The notes beneath the pieces are model-generated. The model saw nothing but the letters and a program-made list of their open reading frames with translations. It did not search any database and was not told the origin of the DNA. Positions 7,243-17,599 of a DNA stretch of 64,000 bases are shown in pieces (the stretch's first letter is position 1; every line of letters starts with the position of its first letter). A program made the position numbers and the translations under genes. Origin of the DNA: Eubacteriales bacterium (GTDB lineage Bacteria > Bacillota > Clostridia > Oscillospirales > CAG-272); NCBI GenBank assembly GCA_045658925.1, contig JAZOVV010000051.1, forward strand, positions 734 through 64,733. The letters are read 5' to 3'.

Positions 7243-7420
7243 AAACAACTCTCTTAGCGGCTGGGGTCTTGGTGGTGCTCAGCCGCTCGCGAGAGCCAAA
7301 GCGAGCGGTAAGCTCGCGCCGACTGTCCATCCGTGGCCTTGAAATTTCTTTTTGACATTTTTGTTAGAGAGTTCTTGAAAGGGGTATGGGGAAAACTTCT
7401 TGCAAGAAGTTTTCCCCATA
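7243..7420 (+). repeat. structured intergenic repeat, copy B (178 nt)
   Basis: Homologous to 4659-4833. Stems 7256-7266/7277-7287 and 7301-7306/7312-7317. Terminal perfect palindrome at 7385-7420. Confidence 0.75.
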
Positions 7421-7424
7421 AAAA

Positions 7425-9647
7425 TTATTCAGCATAATGATACGTTCCCTCTGTCAATGTCTCGGTTCTACCCGAGGGCAGGGTGAGGTGGGCGGTGACG
7501 CCCGAAGGAATGGTGAATTCGTAATAGACAGAGTCGTCCTTGTAGTACCAATAGGAACGAATGGTGCCGTATTGGGTGTCGATAGAGCCATCGGCATAGC
7601 CGAGGCGGCGGTCGGGATGAGGTGTGATCGTGATCTCGCGGTAGGCAGGGGCGGTGTCGATGGGCTCGATGCCAACTGCCTTGCCAAAGATCCAATCGTA
7701 AACCGCGCCGTAGGCGTAGTGGTTAAAGGAGTTCATATCTTTGCTCCAAAAACTTCCGTCCTCTTTAATGCCGTTCCAATGCTCCCAAATGGTGGTAGCA
7801 CCGTGGTTGACAGAGTAGAGCCACGAAGGATTTTCTTCTTGGAAGAGCAGGTCATAAGCCACGTCAGCGTAACCGTTTTCGGTGAGCGCGTGCAACAGGT
7901 AAGGAGTTCCCAAAAATCCGGTTGTCATACGCATACCGTTCTCGCGAATCATCTCGGCAAGACGGTCGGCAAAACGCTGACGGTCTTTTTCTTCGCATAG
8001 ATGGAATTTCAAAACGAGCGCATACGCGGTCTGCGTTTCGTTGGGGGGATTGGAAATGCCGTGAGGGCAGAGGTCGGGGTATTGACGGAGCTCACCGTTC
8101 GGGATGTAATGCTCGCGGAAAGCAGAGACGACTTTTTCGTAACGCTCGTCAAATTTGGCGGTATCGTAACCGAGCGCGCGCTCGGCTTTGCGAATCAGAG
8201 CAACCGAATTGGCATAGAATGCACTTGCAATAAAGTCGGTAGAGGTAGCACCCTTGTAGCTATCTTCACCGTGGTCCATAGCGAGCCAATCGCCGTAATG
8301 GTCACCGCCAAGCCAAAGGAATTCCTCGGGGCCCGTGTAGTGCAAATACATAATATATTTGCGCATCATGGGGTAGTGCTTGGCAAGCAAATCCTTGTCG
8401 CCATAGGCAAGATAGATCTCCCAAGGGATGATGCAGGCGGCATCTGCCCAACCTGCGGCAACGGCTATGTAGTCGGTACGGTTTTGGTTGCAACGCGGAA
8501 CAAATTGCGGAATACCACCGTTGTCGCGCTGTTCGATTGCCATCTCGCCAAGCCACTTATCAAAGAATTTCTTTACATTATAGTTAATTGCCGCCGTGCG
8601 TGCAAATACCTGCGCGTCACCCGTCCAACCGAGACGCTCATCACGTTGCGGGCAGTCGGTGGGCACATCGAGATAGTTGCTCTTTTGACCCCATATAACG
8701 TTGTGATAAAGCTGATTGATCTTCTCGTTTCCACAACGGAAATATCCCGTGCGCTTCATATCCGAATGTACAACGATCGCGCGGAAACAGTTGAGGTCAA
8801 CGTTCTCAAAGGGGAATTCGGTCAGCTTTACGTAGCGGAAGCCTTGGAAGGTGAAGGTAGGCTTGAAAATGTCCTCATCGCCACTGCAAATATAAAGGTT
8901 TTCGCATTTTGCTTTGCGCAAGTTTTCGGTGTAGAAGTTGCCGTCCTTATCCAAAACCTCGGCGTGGTGAAGCATAATGCGTGCACCTCGTGCGGCTTGA
9001 ATACGAATTTCAACGTAGCCCGTCATATTTTGACCGAAGTCAATAACCGTTTCACCGTTCGGTGTACGAATGAGCTCCACGGGAGCAAGACGCTCGTGCT
9101 CGGTGATGAGCTCACCTACTTGCGGAATGAGCTTGGTCTTGTAATTTGACCGCATAGCCTTACCGAGATGCTTGATTTCGGCGGTTTTGTCCACGGTTTC
9201 ACCGTGATAAATATCGGAGTAGAGGATATCTGTGGTATAAACGTCCCAAGCGGTGTCGCTCACAATTTCCTCGCGTGTGCCGTCTGTGTAAAGAACGGTC
9301 AGGGCGGCAATGAGCGCGGTCTTGTCGGCAAATCGCTTGCTTGCCCAAGCAATGGTACCAACCGCCCAACCGGGGCCAACCTCAATGCGGAGAGCATTGT
9401 CCTTTTGCAAAAGAGCGGTTACGTCGTGCGTTTGGTATTGCACACGCTCGTTGTATATTGTCCAGCCCGGCGCGAGAACGTCTCGGCCAACTCTTTCTCC
9501 GTTGATGTAAGCGGCATAAAGACCGATGGCAGAGAGCGAAAGCGTCGCTTTTTTAACCGCTTTTTTCGCTTCAAACGCGCGCACAAACGCAGTTCCTGCC
9601 TGCTCGGTGTCTATGGGAGCACAAATCCATTTTGCTCGGCGATTCAT
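7425..9647 (-). CDS. alpha-L-rhamnosidase (GH78 family), 740 aa
   Basis: The N-terminus (KWICAP..., ..LSAIGLYAAYINGERVG..) and the length are typical of GH78. AGGAGG lies 8 nt before the ATG at 9647. No signal peptide. Confidence 0.85.
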   Translation of the reverse strand: MNRRAKWICAPIDTEQAGTAFVRAFEAKKAVKKATLSLSAIGLYAAYINGERVGRDVLAPGWTIYNERVQYQTHDVTALLQKDNALRIEVGPGWAVGTIAWASKRFADKTALIAALTVLYTDGTREEIVSDTAWDVYTTDILYSDIYHGETVDKTAEIKHLGKAMRSNYKTKLIPQVGELITEHERLAPVELIRTPNGETVIDFGQNMTGYVEIRIQAARGARIMLHHAEVLDKDGNFYTENLRKAKCENLYICSGDEDIFKPTFTFQGFRYVKLTEFPFENVDLNCFRAIVVHSDMKRTGYFRCGNEKINQLYHNVIWGQKSNYLDVPTDCPQRDERLGWTGDAQVFARTAAINYNVKKFFDKWLGEMAIEQRDNGGIPQFVPRCNQNRTDYIAVAAGWADAACIIPWEIYLAYGDKDLLAKHYPMMRKYIMYLHYTGPEEFLWLGGDHYGDWLAMDHGEDSYKGATSTDFIASAFYANSVALIRKAERALGYDTAKFDERYEKVVSAFREHYIPNGELRQYPDLCPHGISNPPNETQTAYALVLKFHLCEEKDRQRFADRLAEMIRENGMRMTTGFLGTPYLLHALTENGYADVAYDLLFQEENPSWLYSVNHGATTIWEHWNGIKEDGSFWSKDMNSFNHYAYGAVYDWIFGKAVGIEPIDTAPAYREITITPHPDRRLGYADGSIDTQYGTIRSYWYYKDDSVYYEFTIPSGVTAHLTLPSGRTETLTEGTYHYAE

Positions 9648-9763
9648 AAAGAAATCCTCCTGTTTTGTCTCAAAAACGGTCATAGACCTGTACACAGTAT
9701 AGCAGAAAAAAGAGGCAAATGCAAGCGGTTTGCCAAAAAAAGGACAGACTTTCTCCAAACTGC

Positions 9764-9792
9764 TTTACAAATCGACAAAAATATGCTATACT
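9764..9792 (+). promoter_or_regulatory. sigma-A type promoter
   Basis: TTTACA (9764-9769), 17-nt spacer, TATACT (9787-9792). Confidence 0.55.
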
Positions 9793-9827
9793 GAACACAA
9801 TCATCATTTCACAAAAGGAGAAGGAAG

Positions 9828-10793
9828 ATGAAAACAGCCTTCAAAACCCTTATTTTATATTGCTTAACGTTGGCTGTTTTATTCTCGGGCGCATCCTGTG
9901 AAAAAGATGCAAAAAGGGAAGAAGGTTCTTCCCAAGAAGAGTCCGCCGCGGTAACGCAAGCAGTAACCGATACGCAGGGCACTGCGCTTACTGAAACACC
10001 CCCGGAGAAACCGCCCTTTGATGTGACAGCACCCGAAGGAACGATACCCGAGGTAACCGAGACTGAGGTAACCGAACCTGAAGAGACAATGCCTAAAGAA
10101 AGCACAACCGAAACAACCGAGCCGAATACAGACACCTCTTTGGAAGACGTTTCCCAGAGTACAACACCCGAAGAAACAACAGCACCCGAGCCGCCACACG
10201 AGCATACGCTTATCAACGGTCAATGTGCGTGTGGGTATGTCACGGTTGTTGAAATCGTATCATCCTATGATAACGACAAGAACGGAGACAATGACATCTT
10301 TTATTTCTCTCCGCTGCTTCCCGAAACATTCAAATCCCTTGACGTTGTTCAATTTTCGGCGGGTGACTATACAGAAGGCTCCGGTGTGAGAAAGGGTACT
10401 TCTTCCGAAGGCGAAAATTTTTATTATTGGTACTGCCGAGAAGGAGAAGAAGCCTACCTCATTTACGAAGTAGAGGTTGCCGAAGCCGGCGTTTATGAAA
10501 TGGCAATTCGTCAAAAAATAAGGGATTGCGACGCGTGCGGTGCGAAATTCACCGTAAACGAGGGGAGCAAAAATGCATATTCTATCGAAACCTCGTATCA
10601 ATTCTCACAAGAAGATTTGCAAGTAGCGTGTGATAATGAACAATCGATGTCCTCTTATATGCTTGGCATTGAATTGGAACTTGCGGCAGGTGTCAATTTT
10701 ATCAAAATCGAAGCGGCATCCAACACCGAAAATAATCAGTTTTTCAGAGAGTTTTATCTTGTAAAAACGGGCGACTCTGTTGATGAATCCTAA
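9828..10793 (+). CDS. lipoprotein with Thr/Glu/Pro linker and a C-terminal carbohydrate-binding-module-like beta-sandwich
   Basis: Lipobox LFSGASC, acidic T/E/P linker, and a HEH..CxCG element. The C-terminal pattern (..YEVEVAEAGVYEM..VNFIKIE..) looks CBM-like; that part is inference. Confidence 0.7.
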   Translation: MKTAFKTLILYCLTLAVLFSGASCEKDAKREEGSSQEESAAVTQAVTDTQGTALTETPPEKPPFDVTAPEGTIPEVTETEVTEPEETMPKESTTETTEPNTDTSLEDVSQSTTPEETTAPEPPHEHTLINGQCACGYVTVVEIVSSYDNDKNGDNDIFYFSPLLPETFKSLDVVQFSAGDYTEGSGVRKGTSSEGENFYYWYCREGEEAYLIYEVEVAEAGVYEMAIRQKIRDCDACGAKFTVNEGSKNAYSIETSYQFSQEDLQVACDNEQSMSSYMLGIELELAAGVNFIKIEAASNTENNQFFREFYLVKTGDSVDES

Positions 10794-10815
10794 TTGTTAA
10801 ATAAGGAGAAAAAGT

Positions 10816-12432
10816 ATGAAGAAAATTTTGAAAATTACCGCGTTACTTTGCTTAACGGTAGCAATTTTGCTCTCGGCAGTATCCTGCGCTTGGATAAATG
10901 AAACCATTTTGGGTAAAGAACACGAGCATAAATTCAAAAATCCTATGCAAACGGTTTCCCAAACGTGTGTGGCAGAGGGCAAGCAAACAGCCACCTGCAA
11001 GTGTGGAGCGATTGAAATCACAGTTCTCCCCGCAACGGGCAAGCATACATACCAAAACAAAGTGTGCACCGTGTGTGGCAGAAAAGACCCCACAGGTCTT
11101 ACCGCGCCGCTGTTGTGCGGTGATGCGCTTTCTTCTTACGTCATCGTTTACGATAAGGACGCATCCGATTATACGGTTCGCGCTGCCGAATACATTGCAA
11201 AAGAGGTTTTGGCACGCACGAATATCACGCTTGACGTAGTGCCGCTTGACGATGCAACAGAGGTCAACGCACACGAAATTGTTGTGGGTGAAACATCACG
11301 CCAAATTTCGCAAAACCTCAACGCACAAACCCAGGGGCTTGAATTTGCACTCCTTGCAGACCAAGATCACATAGCCATTGAGGGCGACTATTTCATCATT
11401 GCCGCCGCGGCTTACTATTTTGTAGAGAACTATATCCCCGAAAAGATTTTTGACATCGACGTTCCGCAAACGGCAACCGTTTGCAAACCCATTGTTAAAG
11501 AGAGCGAAAATTTCATTTTGCTTATCGGTGACGGTATGGGATTCAATCAAACCAAACTGTTTGACGCCTATAAAGAAAATCCCGTTGCCGATTACAGTGA
11601 CGGAGAGAATTTCTTTTACGGCAATCTCTTCCCGTATGTTGGGGAAGCGAGAACCAACTCGCTTTCGGGCATTACCGACAGTGCGGCGGCAGGAACGGCA
11701 CTCGCATCGGGATATAAAACGGAAAACGGTATTATCGGTAGAGACAGCAAGCAAAACGACGTCGCACTTTTGACCGAACTCGCAGCAAATGCAGGCAAGG
11801 CAACCGCAGTAATGTCTACCGAAAAGCAAACAGGAGCAACCCCTTCCGCGTTTTCGGCGCACGCTTATCACCGTAGCAATAGCGGAGCTATTCAAACCTC
11901 GCAAAATGCCTTAAAAGAGCAGTACGGCACCGTTATCAACTGCGGCTACGACGTTTATACCGAGGATAAGATGGTCAATTTGCGCTCTGCCATTACCCAA
12001 ACCCTTGATACTCTTTCCAAGGATGAGGACGGCTTCTTTATGATGTACGAGGAAGCCTATATCGATAAGCACTGCAGTGACTTGAACGTAGAAAAAGCAT
12101 ATATGGCTATGGTGCGCTTCAATCAGGCAATCGCGCTCTTTATGGAGTATGCATTCTACAACCCCGAAACGATGGTTATCATTACTGCCGACCACGAAAC
12201 CGGCGGCTTGCACCTCGACGAGAACGGGGAATACCAATTCGTCTCCGAGGATCATACCGCAGCAAACGTTCCCGTATTTGCTTACGGTGCAAACGCAGAG
12301 GTGTTTAACGGAAAGACGGTTGAGAACGTTCAAATCCCCAAAACCATTGCCGCTCTCTTCGGCGTAAAGATTGAGGGAACCGACCCCAAAAATTATCCTG
12401 CGCTTTTGCCCCTTACGTATATCAAAAAATAA
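10816..12432 (+). CDS. alkaline phosphatase family lipoprotein
   Basis: Lipobox LSAVSC. Metal and active-site motifs GDGMG and TDSAAAGTA. The N-terminus carries one His/Cys module (HEH..QTCVAEG..C.CG..ATGKH). Confidence 0.85.
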   Translation: MKKILKITALLCLTVAILLSAVSCAWINETILGKEHEHKFKNPMQTVSQTCVAEGKQTATCKCGAIEITVLPATGKHTYQNKVCTVCGRKDPTGLTAPLLCGDALSSYVIVYDKDASDYTVRAAEYIAKEVLARTNITLDVVPLDDATEVNAHEIVVGETSRQISQNLNAQTQGLEFALLADQDHIAIEGDYFIIAAAAYYFVENYIPEKIFDIDVPQTATVCKPIVKESENFILLIGDGMGFNQTKLFDAYKENPVADYSDGENFFYGNLFPYVGEARTNSLSGITDSAAAGTALASGYKTENGIIGRDSKQNDVALLTELAANAGKATAVMSTEKQTGATPSAFSAHAYHRSNSGAIQTSQNALKEQYGTVINCGYDVYTEDKMVNLRSAITQTLDTLSKDEDGFFMMYEEAYIDKHCSDLNVEKAYMAMVRFNQAIALFMEYAFYNPETMVIITADHETGGLHLDENGEYQFVSEDHTAANVPVFAYGANAEVFNGKTVENVQIPKTIAALFGVKIEGTDPKNYPALLPLTYIKK

Positions 12433-12445
12433 GATAAACACAATC

Positions 12446-12480
12446 AAAGGGCGGAGCCGCAAGGCTCCGCCTAAAATTTG
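12446..12480 (+). terminator. terminator-like hairpin
   Basis: GGCGGAGCC (12450-12458) pairs with GGCTCCGCC (12463-12471). The downstream T-run is weak (TAAAATTTG). Confidence 0.45.
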
Positions 12481-12490
12481 ATCCAAACGC

Positions 12491-12519
12491 TTTACAAACG
12501 GAAAAAAGTGTGGTATAAT
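12491..12519 (+). promoter_or_regulatory. sigma-A type promoter
   Basis: TTTACA (12491-12496), 17-nt spacer, TATAAT (12514-12519) with an upstream TG. Confidence 0.6.
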
Positions 12520-12562
12520 GGCAACATACTCAATCTATCTATATAGAAGAGGAGATAAGAAA

Positions 12563-14491
12563 ATGAAAAGAACACTCAAAATTGCGGTTTTGCTTTGCTT
12601 AACAGCAGTTGTGATGCTTTCCTTGGCATCGTGCGACAAGCTGCAAGCGCTTTTAGGCGGAACGACCAAAGAGGAAACGACTGAAAATCCCCCCGAAGAA
12701 ACCACACCGAAGCCCCACGAGCACAGCGAAGAAATCCTCGAAGCAAAAGATCCCACCTGTACCGAAACAGGTCTTACCGAGGGCGTTTGGTGCCCCGAAT
12801 GTGAAGAAATTCTCGTAGAGCAGGAAGAGATCCCCGCCCTTGGTCATACCGAGGTTGTTGATGCTGCCGCCACCCCCACCTGCACCGAAAACGGCTTGAC
12901 CGAAGGTAAGCATTGCTCCCGTTGCGAGGAGGTTCTTGTAGAGCAAGAGGTTATTCTCGCATCTCATACTGAAGTGATTGACGAGGCTGTCGAGCCCACT
13001 TGTACCGAAGACGGTTCAACAGAAGGCAAGCACTGCTCCGTATGTGGTGAGGTTTTTGTAGCGCAAGAGATGATTGCAACAAAGGGCCACCAACTCGAAT
13101 CGGTTGTGGTTGTCGAACCTACCGTCAATGCGAACGGCAGTATGAAAAACACTTGCACGGTTTGTGGAGAGTTTGGCTTTGAGGAAATCATTCCTGTCTC
13201 CTTAAGGCTTAGTGATCCTAATATGCTTGGATATACGGGCGAAGAGGAAAAAATCGTAATTCCTGCAGTTTTTCAACACGAGGGCAAGTGGTATAGAGTT
13301 GAAGAAATTTGGACCAATTTCGGTTGGGATAATTTAAAGAGTGTCACGATATCCGATGGTATTACTAAAATAGGAGATATGGCGTTTTTTCATTGTGACA
13401 ATCTGACAATAGTCAAAATTCCCAACAGTGTTACAAGCATAGGAGAGTATGCATTCCGCGAGTGTTATAATTTGCGTAGTATCACAATACCCCAAAGTGT
13501 AACAAGCATCGGCAAGGAGGCTTTTGCATACTGTTATAAACTTTGGGAAGTTTATAATCTTTCACCTTCGATTACTGTAGAAAAAGGCAGCGAGAATAAC
13601 GGCTGCCTCGGTTTGTATGCTCTGGGCGTGTACGATTCTACAGAAGTTAAAAGTAAGGTATGGGCGGATGCAAACGGATACGTCTTTTATGAGGACGGGG
13701 ATGCCTGCTATTTGGTAGCATACACGGGTTCAGATCCCATACTGACTTTACCCGCAAGCTGCAATGAAAAGAATTATGCAGTTAACTATTATGCGTTTAT
13801 AGATTGTCCCAACATAGTAAGTCTAACAATTCCGAAAAGAGTTACAACTTTTAAGTGGCCTGACACTTACCAGTGTCCTAAATTGACGGAAATTTACAAC
13901 CTTTCACCCTATATAGAGTTATGGGGTGGTGCACGCTTCGAGGGGGAGTGGGCATTTGTCATTATGGTTCACACTTCCTTGGAAGAAGCAAGTAACGTAT
14001 GGGTAGATGAGAACGGATATATCTTTTTTGAAAAAAATGACGAGTGTTATTTGATGGGGTATAATGGCTCCGAGACAGAACTCACATTGCCTGCAAGTTG
14101 CAACGGTAAAGAATATTCGATCCATCCTTCTGCGTTCAATAACTGCAATAACATTATCAGTGTTGTAATTCCCGCAAACGTTGCCTACATCGGTTCCAAA
14201 GCTTTTGAAAATTGCAGTAGTTTGGTAAGCGTTACTTTTAGCAAGAACAGCCAACTCATTGCCATCGGTAATAATGTGTTCTATAATTGTAGTAGTTTAA
14301 TAAGCATTACGATTCCTAATAGTGTAACTTCTATTCACTATCAGACTTTCAGAGATTGCAATGCTCTCACATCCATCACCTTCTCCGGCACTGTTGCAGA
14401 GTGGAACGCTATAACCAAGGAATTTGAGTGGAATCACTCTGTTCCCGCCACCGAGGTCATCTGCTCCGACGGCGTTGTAAAATTGAACTAA
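12563..14491 (+). CDS. surface lipoprotein with Cys/His repeat modules and BspA-type leucine-rich repeats (642 aa)
   Basis: Lipobox LSLASC. Between three and four 40-aa PTCTE.G....C..C repeats. The C-terminus has repeated I(P/S)..VT.IG..AF..C..L units. GGAG RBS before the ATG at 12563. Confidence 0.85.
   Translation: MKRTLKIAVLLCLTAVVMLSLASCDKLQALLGGTTKEETTENPPEETTPKPHEHSEEILEAKDPTCTETGLTEGVWCPECEEILVEQEEIPALGHTEVVDAAATPTCTENGLTEGKHCSRCEEVLVEQEVILASHTEVIDEAVEPTCTEDGSTEGKHCSVCGEVFVAQEMIATKGHQLESVVVVEPTVNANGSMKNTCTVCGEFGFEEIIPVSLRLSDPNMLGYTGEEEKIVIPAVFQHEGKWYRVEEIWTNFGWDNLKSVTISDGITKIGDMAFFHCDNLTIVKIPNSVTSIGEYAFRECYNLRSITIPQSVTSIGKEAFAYCYKLWEVYNLSPSITVEKGSENNGCLGLYALGVYDSTEVKSKVWADANGYVFYEDGDACYLVAYTGSDPILTLPASCNEKNYAVNYYAFIDCPNIVSLTIPKRVTTFKWPDTYQCPKLTEIYNLSPYIELWGGARFEGEWAFVIMVHTSLEEASNVWVDENGYIFFEKNDECYLMGYNGSETELTLPASCNGKEYSIHPSAFNNCNNIISVVIPANVAYIGSKAFENCSSLVSVTFSKNSQLIAIGNNVFYNCSSLISITIPNSVTSIHYQTFRDCNALTSITFSGTVAEWNAITKEFEWNHSVPATEVICSDGVVKLN
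12716..13195 (+). repeat. in-frame tandem repeats of about 120 bp (40 aa) encoding a Cys/His-rich module
   Basis: Three full units plus one degenerate unit: H..E.I....PTCTE.G.TEG..C..C.E.LV.QE.I...GH. Cys positions recur at a 40-41 aa period. Confidence 0.8.
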
Positions 14492-14495
14492 ACCC

Positions 14496-14523
14496 AAAAA
14501 GGGCGGCAGATTTTCTGCCGCCC
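14496..14523. terminator. bidirectional terminator between convergent genes
   Basis: AAAAA, then GGGCGGCAGA (14501-10) pairing with TCTGCCGCCC (14514-23). The T-run is clear for the minus strand (hpf) and weak for the plus strand. Confidence 0.65.
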
Positions 14524-14553
14524 TCGCTTCATATTCTGTTTGTCGTTTTTTCT

Positions 14554-15087
14554 TTATCCCTTTTCGGGAACGAGCAAGCCGTATCCGCCGTCGTTTCTCT
14601 TGTAAACCACGCAGGTATCCTCGCTTTGGTCGTCGATAAATACGAAGAATTGGTGACCGAGAAGATTCATTTGCAAAATTGCCTCTTCGGGAGACATCGG
14701 CTTAAGTGGGAAGGTCTTGGTACGAATGATTTCTTCCTCTTCTGCCTCGGGAGCGTCGTCATAGTATTCTTCAACTGCGGGAACGAATACGTTCTCGCGC
14801 AAGCGACGCGCCAACTTGGTCTTGTTCTTGCGAATTTGACGTTCAATGTTGGTTACGGCGTCGTCAAGAGCATCGCGAAAGCTCTCGGCTCCAACCTCGC
14901 TGCGGAACAGTGTGCCCGCAGCGGCTATGGTGATTTCGATGAATTTTTTGTTATGTTTACAGCTGAGCGTGGCGGTTGCCGTGCCCTCACCGGGGAAGAA
15001 TTTTTCAAACTTAGCAAGTTTTTTCTCAATGAGGAGCTTCATATCCTCGTAGACGTTCATTTGTCTGCCAATTACGCTAATTTTCAT
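14554..15087 (-). CDS. hpf: ribosome hibernation-promoting factor (long HPF / RaiA family)
   Basis: 177 aa. The N-terminal S30AE-type domain and C-terminal dimerisation domain pattern (..FVFIDDQSEDTCVVYKRNDGGYGLL..) are present. Confidence 0.9.
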   Translation of the reverse strand: MKISVIGRQMNVYEDMKLLIEKKLAKFEKFFPGEGTATATLSCKHNKKFIEITIAAAGTLFRSEVGAESFRDALDDAVTNIERQIRKNKTKLARRLRENVFVPAVEEYYDDAPEAEEEEIIRTKTFPLKPMSPEEAILQMNLLGHQFFVFIDDQSEDTCVVYKRNDGGYGLLVPEKG

Positions 15088-15142
15088 CTTGCTTTCCTTG
15101 CCTTTCTTTCGGTATTGTAGGAGATATTTCTCTTACACTAAT

Positions 15143-15171
15143 AGTATAGCACAACTTTTTGGGTTTGTAAA
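15143..15171 (-). promoter_or_regulatory. sigma-A type promoter of hpf
   Basis: Minus strand: TTTACA (15166-15171), 17-nt spacer, TATACT (15143-15148). Confidence 0.55.
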
Positions 15172-15206
15172 GAATGTACAAAAAATGTTTACATTTTGCA
15201 AAATAA

Positions 15207-17354
<2,148 letters not shown>

Positions 17355-17360
17355 AATAGA

Positions 17361-17390
17361 GAACCGACGCTGCGGCGTCGGTTCTTTTTT
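17361..17390 (+). terminator. intrinsic terminator
   Basis: GAACCGACGC pairs with GCGTCGGTTC, followed by TTTTTT. Confidence 0.8.
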
Positions 17391-17530
17391 AGGAACTTTT
17401 TCGTAAATATAGCAAAATGGATTTAAAAATTTAAACAAGAGGGATATGCACAGTCCATTTTCCGTTTATTGGGGTAGAGGATGTGTTCTTTTTGTTTAAA
17501 ATTATTTTACAAAAAACAACCAAAAGGTTC

Positions 17531-17558
17531 TTGACATTTCCTTAATATTCGATATAAT
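17531..17558 (+). promoter_or_regulatory. sigma-A type promoter
   Basis: TTGACA (17531-17536), 16-nt spacer, TATAAT (17553-17558). Confidence 0.55.
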
Positions 17559-17599
17559 GAAATTATATCGCAAAAAACCAAAAAGGCAGGAGGTAAAAA

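Noticed and set aside
9950-10200. Repetitive ACC/GAA/CCC-rich DNA that looked like a tandem repeat
   Set aside because: It is the in-frame Thr/Glu/Pro linker of the lipoprotein (low-complexity coding sequence), not a non-coding repeat.
15088-15206. Checked for a raiA-motif RNA upstream of hpf/raiA
   Set aside because: The region is short and AT-rich. It contains only a promoter and RBS, with no GC-rich structured segment.
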